Shown: in pieces, positions 45,303 through 57,132 of the stretch
How the letters are laid out: each line of letters starts with the position of its first letter
Position numbering within the stretch: the stretch's first letter is position 1
NCBI GenBank assembly: GCA_002245135.1
Contig: NGBS01001163.1
Coordinates: forward strand, 62,001-126,000
Direction: 5' to 3'
Length of the DNA: 64,000 nt
Origin: Proteromonas lacertae
Taxonomy: Eukaryota
Translations under genes and position numbers: made by a program
The notes under the pieces: model-generated
Seen by the model: only the letters and a program-made list of their open reading frames with translations
What the model was told of the DNA's origin: nothing
Databases searched by the model: none

Positions 45303-46537
45303 AGGCTGGAATAGCAAAGAGATATCTCGAACAGAAAATAATTAAAGAAAGTCAAGGTCAACCAGAAGAAGCTGAAGATTTGGGTGAAAATCCTTTATGG
45401 ATAGCTCCAGATTCTGCATTTAGACTACCTGATATAAAAGACTTGAAATTAGAATCGTTAGATGTAAACTCAAAAATCCAACATTTAAATAAAGAAGATT
45501 TACAAATCGCTATTGAGAATGAATTAGCTCCAATATGGGTTCAAAGAGATGCATATTATGCTCCTTATTTAACAGCTTCAAATGATCCACAGTTATTTGA
45601 GGGAAGAGAAGAAATAGAGAAATACTATCCATCCAATCCATCTGATGAAGATTTGAAAATTGTTGAAGAAGAAAAAGAAGAGGGTGGAAATAAGAAGCCT
45701 GATATACTTCGAAAATCTCCAGCGTTAGATTCTGTTATAAGAGCTGAAAGTGAATTAGATTCTTATCGTTTTGGAACAATTCATGAGGATGAAGATGATG
45801 AAAATGAAGAAAATAGTAGTGATGATTATTATAAACGAAATAGATTAAATACTTCATCATCTGTGACAACGTATAAAAGTGATGATGATGATAGTGATTA
45901 TAATAATAACAATAATAATTCCACGAGAAGTAGTATTCTTGTATCAAAACCACGAATGTCAGTAACTGAATCACCTTATGTTAAATATACCAAGTCATTT
46001 ACAATGCCAAAGAACAAGAGGAAGAGTTTTATGAAACCAACACCACCAGAGAGTCATTCAGCTTATGGTGCAGAACCAAAACCTCCAAAACATCCTCTTA
46101 GACAATCAAAAGTATATTCAGGTAGAAGATCTGGAAAAGTTGAAAAAGAAAAAGAAGAATTTGTAGTTACTGAAAGAACTCAAATTCGTCGAAATATGAA
46201 TAGTTTAGTAAGTGATATAATTCTAATTCCTGATTTACAGAAGAGTATTTGTAGTCTGTTTCATAGATATGATGGAGATAATTTGAATTATGTAGAATAT
46301 GGAACATATGATTTAATAATGTCATCTGTATTTCCTGAATTATCAGATAATGATAAAAGTGGTTTCTTTATTAAATGGAGTAAAAATGAAAAATTCTTTT
46401 ATGAAGATTTTTTGAAAGAGATTAATAAATCAATAAAAGAGATGAATAAAGAAGAGAATAACAGTAATTCACCTAAATCCCATTCTAGAAGTTCATCAGT
46501 TAAAACTGCATCACCACCAAGATCTCCTGCTAAATAA
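45269..46537 (+). CDS. Chimeric 422-aa ORF: SDR-derived leader fused to the C-terminal part of the IPT-domain gene
   Basis: Junction at 45301; downstream sequence nearly identical to 62156-63392; ATG 45269 is absent from the SDR source sequence. Confidence 0.55.
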   Translation: MKKFQTLKKYQKAGIAKRYLEQKIIKESQGQPEEAEDLGENPLWIAPDSAFRLPDIKDLKLESLDVNSKIQHLNKEDLQIAIENELAPIWVQRDAYYAPYLTASNDPQLFEGREEIEKYYPSNPSDEDLKIVEEEKEEGGNKKPDILRKSPALDSVIRAESELDSYRFGTIHEDEDDENEENSSDDYYKRNRLNTSSSVTTYKSDDDDSDYNNNNNNSTRSSILVSKPRMSVTESPYVKYTKSFTMPKNKRKSFMKPTPPESHSAYGAEPKPPKHPLRQSKVYSGRRSGKVEKEKEEFVVTERTQIRRNMNSLVSDIILIPDLQKSICSLFHRYDGDNLNYVEYGTYDLIMSSVFPELSDNDKSGFFIKWSKNEKFFYEDFLKEINKSIKEMNKEENNSNSPKSHSRSSSVKTASPPRSPAK

Positions 46538-47703
46538 TAGACTTATTTTAATTTAAAGAAATAATTTGATTTTATTCCTAATTTAATTGCAAATTTTGAA
46601 AATATTTACAAAAAACAAAGTAATGAAATAATAATAAAGTAATTCAATTCTTATCATTATTACTTATTGTTCACTTGATTATATCTTTCTTCAAATTCTT
46701 TTCTTTCTTCAAATTCTTCTACACTTGATATATATTTATAAGCTTCAGTTAAGTATTTCTTTGATTCTTCTATCTCATCCTATTCATTACATTAATATTA
46801 ACATTATACACTGCTTATAGTAACATTTACCTATTTCATTATTACATACAAACTTTTCATAATCACTTTTACATAATTCTAATGCAGATTATAATATTCT
46901 ATTGCTTTATTATATTCTTTCTATTATAATCATTATATTAAATCATTATACAATAAAAAAATAACAACCACCTACATTATATCTACATTTGTATTTTTGT
47001 TCATTTGTACAGGCTAGTTCTAATGCAGACTTATAATAATCTATTGCTTTTTCATATTCTTTCTATTATTATTATTATTAATTATTATTATACAATAAAA
47101 ATATAACATAAACCTATAGCACATCTACAATCATATTTTTGTTCATTTCTAACTGCACTTTCTAAACCACATTTAAAACATTTTATTGCTCTTTCATAAT
47201 CTTTCTATGGAGTTTATATAACATCATCAAAAGTCATACGGATTTAAAGTAATTAAATCCTTCTAGAAATTCATCATTGCATCGTGAAGCTAAGCTTTCA
47301 TTTGACTGTTTATTATAGACACACAGTATTTTATACTTTATCACTACTGATATTACATCTCATCATATTCATCATTTTGTATGAATCTGTTGTAAAACAT
47401 CTCATTAATACTGATTTTGAAACAACAGGACTAAAGCTACTAACTCTAAACACTTTTATCAATTCTACATTCTATTCAATATAAATACACCAATACTGAT
47501 CGAAAATTATTCACATTCCTTTTTAAATATCTTGGAATTGATTTTATTATCAATTTTTATAATAACGAAATTGGGTTATTCGAAATGTTTTTCATAAACC
47601 AGATATCAAATATCTCTTTATTTTCTTGTATAATCCTGAATTTTAATTCATACTATATCAAAACAACAAAATAAGAATCATTTAGATTATACATTATTAC
47701 AGT
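45301..47703. repeat. Left arm of a ~2.3-kb inverted duplication (partner ~61127-63392)
   Basis: Continuous near-identity to the reverse complement of 61127-63392, apart from one 142-nt indel. Confidence 0.93.
46680..47204 (-). pseudogene. Orphan TPR cassettes: three 111-nt exons plus terminal cap exon
   Basis: Exons 47094-47204, 46952-47062 and 46810-46920 with GT-AG introns; upstream region full of stops. Confidence 0.85.
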
Positions 47704-48059
47704 CGTTAATTTTCATAGAGTTGTTACATTTATTCAAAATTATCAACAAACATTCACATATATTAATTTAATAAATAATTTTGTCTGTTTATGTCTTTCT
47801 TTAAAATCGTAGTATTTCTATCTACTAACACTTTTTAATGTTCAACTAAACATAATTATTCATTTCACTAGATGGAGCTATTATTTTTATTTCTCTTCAC
47901 CAATCTTATCAAATATCTCATCCTTTTCTTTCATTTTGTTTTAAATCAAATATTTTAATTTCCTTGTAAAAGCAATAAAAAAACATAAAGTCAATCTTAT
48001 TTTCATAAACTACAAACAATAATTATTTATATAAAATATAAAAAGAGTAAGTTGAATCT

Positions 48060-51000
48060 TTACTTCTTCTTCTTAGGAGGAGGTTTCTTTTTAGGAGCAT
48101 TCTTCTTTAATTCTTTCTCATATTCTTTCAACGCTTTCTCTCGAATTACACTTTCTTTCTCTTTTTCTTCTTCTATCAATAATAATTTCTTTCGATATTC
48201 TTCTCGTTTTAACCAATCATTTTCTAAATTATTACTTATATCTTGTCTTCTCTTTAAATATTCTTCTTTCTTTTCACTTATTGTCTATTTTATTATATTA
48301 AATCATTATAAAATCATAAATATATATACTTTTAATCCATTTTCTTGTTCACTTTTTGCAAATCCTAATAGTTCAGTATATTCTTTATTTTCTTCATCCA
48401 TAGCTTCTTTCGTTTCATTTATCATCGATTCTAAATTACTTTCTTCGATTGTTGTTACTTCACCTACAGCTACTAATGGATCAATATCAGGCAAATCACT
48501 CTTCATTTCTTGTCTCCTTCGATAGATATCAACTTCTTCTTCTTCTAAATATGTTGGAACTGCATTCACATCATTGTTCAAATAGATTGTTCGATTTTCT
48601 TTACCTTTTTCAAATCGTAACGGATCTTCTTCTAACCATTTACTTAGATCTTTATTACGATTTACATCATCAACAGTATCTCGTTTTCTATTACAAATAT
48701 TATTACATATTATAAACATTATAAATATACAAACTGATTCCTTTACTTGATTCACATTCTACTATCCAAAATAAGCGATTTTCTTCTAAACTTGGCATGG
48801 CAATATAATCTTCAGGATTCATTACTCCTGCATTTTTACCTCCTTTCTTTCCTTGAGTTGGAGTTTTGGATTTCTTTCCTTTAGCTGGAGATGATCCTTC
48901 TGCTTCAGGATTTGATAATTCTTCTTCTAATTTCTCTCGATTTATATGATATAATGGCCAAGTTGATTCTAATTCATGAATTGTTTCACTGTTTAATCTC
49001 TCTTCATCTAATCGACCTCGAATTATAAATGGACCTTTAAAACCTTCTTCTTTACCACTTACCAAATAAGGAAATTGATAGATTATTATTTCACCAATCC
49101 CTTTATATTCTTTCATCACTTTTCGATCTTCACTTGATCCATCTATTATTTCGATTATAAATGGTAAATTACTATCACTTAATAAATATCTCATCGTTAA
49201 ATCACTTACTCCACTGTTCAAACTAACTAGATCTTGTTCAAAATAGTAATATTTATTTAAAATATAATAATCACCAAAGTATTGGGTAAAAGTCATTGGA
49301 ATATCTTCACTCTTAGCTTGTAATACTTTGTCAGTTAATATACTAAGTTCGTAAGGTGTGGAAGGTAAAGGATTTGTTTCATTATATCCATATATTATTA
49401 TTGTATAACCTCGATTATTATTATTCTTCAATGTAAATGGTTGAGTTCTTAATAAAGGAAATTCTGTTACTTCCACATTTTCATTATTGATTAAGACAAT
49501 ATGAACATAATCTCTAACATCATAATGACTTATATGTAAATTCAATTCCATTTTGATTTCATCTTCTTTTATCATTATCACTTTTCTTAACCAAATCTTC
49601 CATTCTTTACAATTTTGCATTGGAGATAAACCTTGAGTATTATTCACTTGTAGTTTTAATTCTAATGGTCGAGTTACATACATAAATGAAGGATTTATTA
49701 TATAATCAGTAAATATCGATAAAGAATATCCTTGACTACAATCACATTCTAATAATAACATATGACGACCTGGTGATAGTTTCAATTTGTGACTTAACAT
49801 TGTTGAAGTATTTAGCGATTTTATTACTACCGATGTTGTTAATGCTTCATCAAAATTATTTGGGATTTCTCGAATATTTAATAAAGCATTACATGGTTCA
49901 TATTTCTTTTCATATAAATCACTTGTAAATATTAATAAGACATTTTCATATTTCTTTAATGTAGGTGGAACATAACCTAAATCTTCAACAGATTCTTCTT
50001 CTTCTTTCATCTCTTCTTTTGTTTCTTCTTTTACTTCTTCTTCTTTAGATTCTTCTTTCTTACTTTTCTTATCATTCTTTTTGGATTTTTTATTATCTTT
50101 ATTTCGAGGAGATTGTTTTGGAGATTTAGATTTCATTTCTTCTTCTTTCTTTTCTTCAACTACATTGATATTTTCATTTTCATTTGTTTCTGTTACTTCA
50201 GGTTCAGGTTCAGGTACTTCGATTATTATCATTGAGGGAGGATAATAATACGGTGGGTTAGATTCGATATAACTATTATCACTTAATAGATGATGACAAA
50301 TAGATTGATTTTCGATTGATGGAGTTGGATTTACCACATTCCAATTCCAATGATTCTTTATTAATACATCATTCTTAAAATAATTACCACATTCAAATAT
50401 CAACACTTCGATATTAAAAATTTCATAAGATTCAGCGATGGGAATCCAGTAATCTAATTCTTTCAGTGGAGGAGAAGGAGGAACAAGTGTGTCTAAATCA
50501 TATCGAAGTGGATAAAACACTTGGATTTGTTTCTCTTTCTGAGGAGAGATTCGAATTCGTCTTACTCCATAATATCGACCTTCTACAAAACCACGATCTG
50601 AGTCAGACTCAGTACAGTGTAATAACATCACATATGGAGGTGTTGATAGATTGTTGAATTCTTCATAACTTTCATTCTCTTTTAATTCAAAAGTTATATT
50701 GTTTGGTATTTCAACTGTTTGACCTTTACCTTTTCCTCCTCCACCACCACCTGCTTTTTCTTTACCTTTGGCAGGAGGTTTAGGTTTATTAGGTTTTTTA
50801 TTTGGAGCTTTCGTTTGTTTAGCTTTATTAGCTTTTGGATCTAAAGCTGCTTTTCTATCAGCATCTATTTCTGATTGTGTTTTTAATGGTATTGATGGAA
50901 TAGGAAATGGAGTTGATCTTTGTAAGTAATCCCACCATTCTTCGCCTTGAGTGATTGTTGTAGGAATCCAACTCTATTAATAATAATTTATAAAATAGAT

Positions 51001-52074
51001 AATAATAATATACGGTTAAACTATGAATAATCCAAGGATCTAATAGATTTGGAGATGGAGGATATAACGATCTAATTTTCAAAATTGCTTTGTGTAATAG
51101 TAACGGCCAAATTTCTCTTACATTTGAACTAGCAGTTAATAATGCATTATCATCTCCATCAACTGGTATTAAATCATCAATTACTATATATCTCCATTCA
51201 TTACTTATAAACACTTTAATTACATATTTACCAGATGGATTATAGATTGGATAGTTATTCTCATCTTTGGGATAGATAGCTTCCCATAAGTATGTATTTG
51301 GTTCACTTATTTTATCAGGATACAATGAGATACACTCTAACTCTGAAGCTACAGCTTTTGTATCTGGACATGCATCATTCACTAATAACGGATGAACTAA
51401 TGTACGATAACAAGGTAATGGTGGATTAGCAGGATTATTGCTATTATAATCTGATAAATCATCTAATTTCACACACTCTGGCGTTGAGGCTATAATGAAC
51501 GGTAAAAATGGATCTTCTGCTGGTTCATTTGCTTGAGATATACTGTTCTTCTTATCAGGTTTTTTTGAAGGTGATTTTGATTTTTTTCCTCCTGTATTTG
51601 CGGTTGATGGAGGATCTTCTTTTTGAACAGGTGATTCGACTATTGGCTTGCCTGTTCGTTGTGCTTCCATTATTACTCTTTGTTTTATGTAATCATAAGC
51701 TCTAATCCATCTTACTACTTGAAGTTCTGATTTACAAGGAAGTGGTGGATTTCCTTCTGGATCTGTGAACGGTTGTTCAGCTGTACCAAAATCATAAAAG
51801 TCTAAATAAATAAATTAATATTATAATACCAATTACACTCTGATCCCAAACTGGAGGTAATGGAATTGGAATTTCATTTTCTTGTAATAAGTCTGGTACA
51901 TTTGTGATTGATTCTGGTGGTTTAAACTCCTATAAATATAAATAAGTTTGAAAAATATACTTTTCTTGGTTCACTATCTACATCAATATTAAACTATAGA
52001 GAAGAATAAATTGATAATGATAATACGGTTGGAATATTCTTCTTATCTTTCCCCTTTTTTACTTTTGAAGGCAT
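48060..52074 (-). CDS. Androglobin-like protein with calpain-like N-terminal domain
   Basis: IYNPSGKYVIKVFISNEWRYIVIDDLIPVD...EIWPLLLHKAILKI...IHSLT resembles the ADGB CysPc-like region; Lys-rich termini; multiple short introns. Confidence 0.75.
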
Positions 52075-52283
52075 TTGAAACGGATTTTCGTTATTTTTCG
52101 GAACCCAAATATTTAAACCCCAAAACGGTATTTTTTTCTAAAATGAAAAATATACACTTCTGATAATTTATAATAAAAAATAAACGTAAAATGATTATTA
52201 ACAAATAATTCAACAATGAAATGAAGATTATATATATACTAATATTATAGTTATTTACATAAATATTAAAAACACATACAAAT

Positions 52284-53012
52284 CTATTCACAATTAATCA
52301 AGGAAGGAAGTGTATTGGAGAATGACATGTATTTGCCTAACACATTTTCAGATTTCTCAACATATACTGGATCTGACTTTGTAGCTTCACAGTGAGCTAT
52401 ATAATCAATATCATTAAGTAAAGAAGGTAATATTGTGCCATATTCACTATTGAATTTCTCATATATTCTATCAAACATGTTTTCTATGGATGATTTATTA
52501 TTCTGTAATTTGAGGTATTTATTGACTGCTTTTCTAAAAACTACTATGCAATACTCTGAATAGGTTTTACATAACATTTCTATGTTTGTTTGAACTTTCT
52601 TTGCTTCTCTACTCAGTTTACAGGGTGAAAAGTATAATCTTGATGAAGCTCTTTTTGATTTTTTATCTGTTTCGGTTTGGTTAAATACTACTCGTGATAT
52701 TTCTATTACAAAATAACAATGATAATGGAGTCTATACCATCATGATCAAAATCTCTACCAAATTTCACAAACGTAGCAATTAAAGCTCTTACATCATCTT
52801 TGGATTGATTCCATTTCCAACTAAAAATATCATCAAATAATAGAACCATAGATTTTGTTTCGAAAATCAGAACTCTTAATATCTATGAATAAATACATTA
52901 TATATAGATAAAATTATACAGTTGGATTGTCACAAGGCTTTTTTGGAAGGTGTGGAATGTCATTTTCACTTCGAACACCTTGAGGGAATGATAGTCGCTG
53001 AATATCATCCAT
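52284..53012 (-). CDS. Hypothetical protein, possibly longin-like fold
   Basis: Three exons; ILRVLIFE...LLFDDIFSWKW...LIATFVKFGRDFDHDGEISRVVF. Confidence 0.6.
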
Positions 53013-53225
53013 TTTATAACAATATATGTTTAATTTATATCAGTTAAATTGTAAAAAGACGAAGATTGAGTGATTTATTACTTTTTTAAAATTTTTGATA
53101 AAAATTGACTGTATGAAAATTTTGAAACACCATCAAATATTTAAATGTATGAATATAGTATTTAACAAAGCCTCAACAAATCAAGCCAAGTTTATTATTA
53201 AGATTTGTTTTTAATAATTTTTAAG

Positions 53226-55037
53226 ATGATAGATATAGTTTTGCTGATTGTACTGATTGTTACAGTTGTGGGTATGTTGGCAGTGAATATAAAAATTATG
53301 CTGAATTATCTCGATAAAGATGATGTTTCGGGTTGGGTTGGAAGGATATTTGTTGTATTAATCTATATTATTATAAATAAAAATAGGTATTATGTTTAAC
53401 AATTGCTGAAGCTGCTGTTTTGCTTCTTCCGTTTGATGCAGCCAATAAAGGAGGTATTGTCGGTTGTGGTGATTGGGATGACACATGTGGTGGAATGAGT
53501 TTTGAAGTCTTATGGCAGATTTTATTCGCTGTAGTTCTAATCCTAATTGCTGTTTTTATACCATTTTTCATGATTTATTATGAAAGTGATACAACAGGAA
53601 CTGGTATTGAGACATCCGGATGTGGTAAATTCTCCTCAGCTATTTGTTACACAGGAGGTAGTATAATTGTGTGGGTTTTGATAATTATTATCGGTGCTTT
53701 TGTATTTAATAAAGCATTTATACCATTTTCTGACTGTATTTCATCGGATACCATGGTAACTGTTTTACCAGGAACAGATGGATCATTTACAGTAGAAGGT
53801 AATACAAATGTTATATGCAAAGATCAAACATTAGAATTACCTGTCTCATTCATAGTCACTACAATTGGTATGTTAACCTTCGTTGGTTGGTTCTGTTTAG
53901 CATTTTTCGGTGGAATTGGTTTACCTGCTTTACCAATCGATATGATTAGATCATTCATATTCCGACCAAAATTAATTAACAAAAGCACATTTGTAGATAA
54001 AAAGAAGCAATTAGATGGTAAATTGAGAGATATGATGGAAGTAGCTGAACAATTAAAAGATGAAGAAGAAAGTGTCAGTAAAGTTCCAGGATTTATGGCA
54101 AGAAGAAAGGCAATTTCAGCACATAAAACGGCGGTTAAGCAACTAAAGCAATCTGTATACTTAATAGAACAGGAATACCTAGATTTAGAAGCTAGTTATA
54201 TCGCTTATAAGAAGTATAATCCATTAATCCCATTCTGTAAATTGATTGGTGGAATAATAGGTGTTATTATTACTTTATTATGGATATTACAAATTGGATT
54301 ATATGTAATACCAAGACAAGCAAATATTATACCACCTACCACATTCTTGAATGTAGTATTATTGAAGTTAGATGAATTATCAGTTATCTTCGGATGTGTA
54401 GTTTTCGGTGTGTTTGTGATATATTTGATGTTTTGTGCAATTAAAGGAGTGTTTAAATTTGGATTGAGATTCTTCTGCTTGTCAATACATCCAATGGTTA
54501 TTGGTAGAACTTCGATTGTTACTTTTATATTCAATTTAACGTATATATATATATTATTATTATTATTATTATTATTATAGTATTGTTTTATTATGTTGTG
54601 CTCCAGTGGTTATGTTTTCATCCGAAGCTTTTCATGATTTTGTAGGTTATGCTGATATAGATATTATATTCTCATCACAAGTAAAGAGAATGAGATTCTT
54701 GAAGTATTTCTATGAGAATAATATATTCATTTATATATTTATTGCAATTGCAGTAATTTCATTATTCTGGCTAGTATATATATATATATTTAGTATTTAT
54801 TTATTATAGTTAATTAAACCAAAAGATGAAACATTAGATATGAAAGAAATCAAAGAATCCATCAAAACCAAAGAAGAAAGACAAACTAAATACAATCATA
54901 AGAAAAGAGAAGCTAAAGAAGAGAAGGAACGAGAAATTGAAATGGCTTTACATCCTCCTAAACCAGAAGATGAAGCTGAAGTTGTTGGTGAAGCAGAAGC
55001 TGTTGCTGCAGATGCTGAAGCTAAGGAAACTGACTAA
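53226..55037 (+). CDS. LMBR1-domain (LIMR family) membrane protein
   Basis: LLLPFDAAN, IPFFMIYYESD, GWFCLAFFGGIGLPALPIDMI, IHPM..G.T....FIFN; many TM helices. Confidence 0.9.
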
Positions 55038-55203
55038 AATATAATAATAATCATAGTAATAAATAATTTTCTTTTAAAAACATATTATATATATTTCAAA
55101 TTTGCATTTTTTGTTTAATATTAATAAATAAATAAATAAACATGTGATAATTAATAATTGTGAAAATAATAATAAAAATTAGATCTATCATTAATTTCTA
55201 TAT

Positions 55204-55820
55204 TTATACAATATCTTCTTCTTCAGAACTATCGTCATCATCACTACTACTACTTGAATCAGAGTCACTATCACTGTCCTTAGCAGCTTTAGTGGGTACT
55301 GTCTTTACTGCTAACTTCTCCATCTCTTGGATCTTCCTTTCGTCTAATTCTACTAACCACTCACCATCAATCAAAATATCATAATACCAACCCATCTTTA
55401 AATCGACTGTTGCATCCTGGATGATGCATGTTATATATCTGCCTTGTACTTTAAAGGGAAAAGTGTAATTCAAACCATGATCTATAAACCAAGATCGAGT
55501 TGAATAAATCTGTTCTCCTTCAAATATAATTTTCTTTTTACCAGTAAAATGTGAGTGATACATAGATATACTGTATTCAGCTCCCTCAATAACTAATTCC
55601 CATGTTACCTTTCTTTTTGAACTAAAAAATATCTACAAAAATCAACAATACTCTTTGATGTGCTTTCCAACAGTGTTTGAGTAATACTTGAGAGTGTAGT
55701 TGTTTAATGGACTTACTTCCTATAACATGATTAAAATATCTATACTTTAGAAACTTCTCTCTCTGGACCTTTCCACACATCATCCCATCCTTCATCGGCG
55801 TTCTTCTGCTTCTTAAACAT
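55204..55820 (-). CDS. FAIM-like beta-sandwich protein
   Basis: KRKVTWELVI...MYHSHFTGKKKIIFEG...YYDILIDG; acidic tail. Confidence 0.6.
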
Positions 55821-56163
55821 GAGATTTTAGTTGTGGGGTGCGAAAATTTGAATTTTTTAAAAACGTTGGAGATTGTTGGTTATTTTTGCTCAAGGAAGTG
55901 TTTGATTACTCACTTTTTTGGTAATATTAAGTTATCAATCTAAGTCTTTCTAAAAAGAGGATAGTTTTTTAAAAACAAACTAATCATGAAAAGAGCAAGT
56001 TTTTGCACAAAGAGATTATTATCATTTCTACAGTTACATTATTGCATTGCAATGTATTTTATCATGTTATTTACCATCTATCTTTCTCCAAACCCATAAA
56101 TGGAGCTAAGAAAAATTTAAGCGCCATTTTTGAATTTTTGAATATCTCTTCAACAAAAAGTCA

Positions 56164-57035
56164 ATGAGCAATGATAATTTTGTAGAAAAAATATCATCAC
56201 AGATTAAATCATGGGAAAGTATAATTTTTCTCCTTTATATCTAAGTAGCGAAATATCAACAACAATTAAAAGAAAAAGACTTGAAAATAAAACAATTAGA
56301 ATTTGAATTGACCATTGCAAAAGAAAAATCTAATGATAAATCTCAAAAAATAAAAGATCTGTTTGATAAACTTCAAGAGATAATAAAAGTATTATAATTA
56401 TATAAATAAAATAGACAAATGAAAAATATGCAGAAAATCAAAAAGTGCTATACTCTATCATAGAGAAAAAGAAACACTCAATTCCAATTAATCATCATTT
56501 ATCATTACAGCAATGTTATTCACTGGATTTATTATCAATGAAACGATCATCATCATGCCCACCATCCACTCCTAAGAAAATTAGAAAAATTTCACAGTAT
56601 TATTGTATGTATAATATATAGACCTCAATCTCCACTTTCACCTGTTATATCTCCATCATTAATAGCATTTAAATCACATTCAGAATCATCTAAACGATCT
56701 TCATCATTTATTTCTGCTAATTCCACTAATTATATGCAAAAACATTCAAATGATAAAGATATATCTAAACTATACACTATATCCAAAGTATTAGGTAAAG
56801 AAAGAAGTGCATTACCTTCATTTGTTTGTGAAAGATGTAAAGCCGTATTTATTTTATATTTGTTATAATACTATGTTAATAGTTCTATGAGTCTTGTGGT
56901 GGTATAATAGATAAAGACAAGATACTTCAAATGTGTGGAAGACATAAAAAGGATTATGTTGAAAAACCTTATCCACCACCTTCATTCTACTCATTTTCTA
57001 TGCCTGACAGTGAAGATATTATCAATCCGCATTAA
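56164..57035 (+). CDS. CtIP/Sae2/Ctp1 DNA end-resection factor (not in the ORF track)
   Basis: N-terminal coiled coil; C-terminal VLGKERSALPSFVCERCKAFY...CGRHK...PPPSFY matches the SAE2-domain CxxC and RHR motifs. Confidence 0.8.
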
Positions 57036-57132
57036 TTTAATTAAAATATGTATAATTATATGTAATTTGATAAATTAACCTTTATAAAACAATTCTTTTG
57101 TATAACAGAAGTATAAACATAACTTATTCAAT

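Noticed and set aside
47284..47484. Identical 66-aa ORF at 47284 and 61346
   Set aside because: Non-ATG start; identity reflects the recent inverted duplication, not selection
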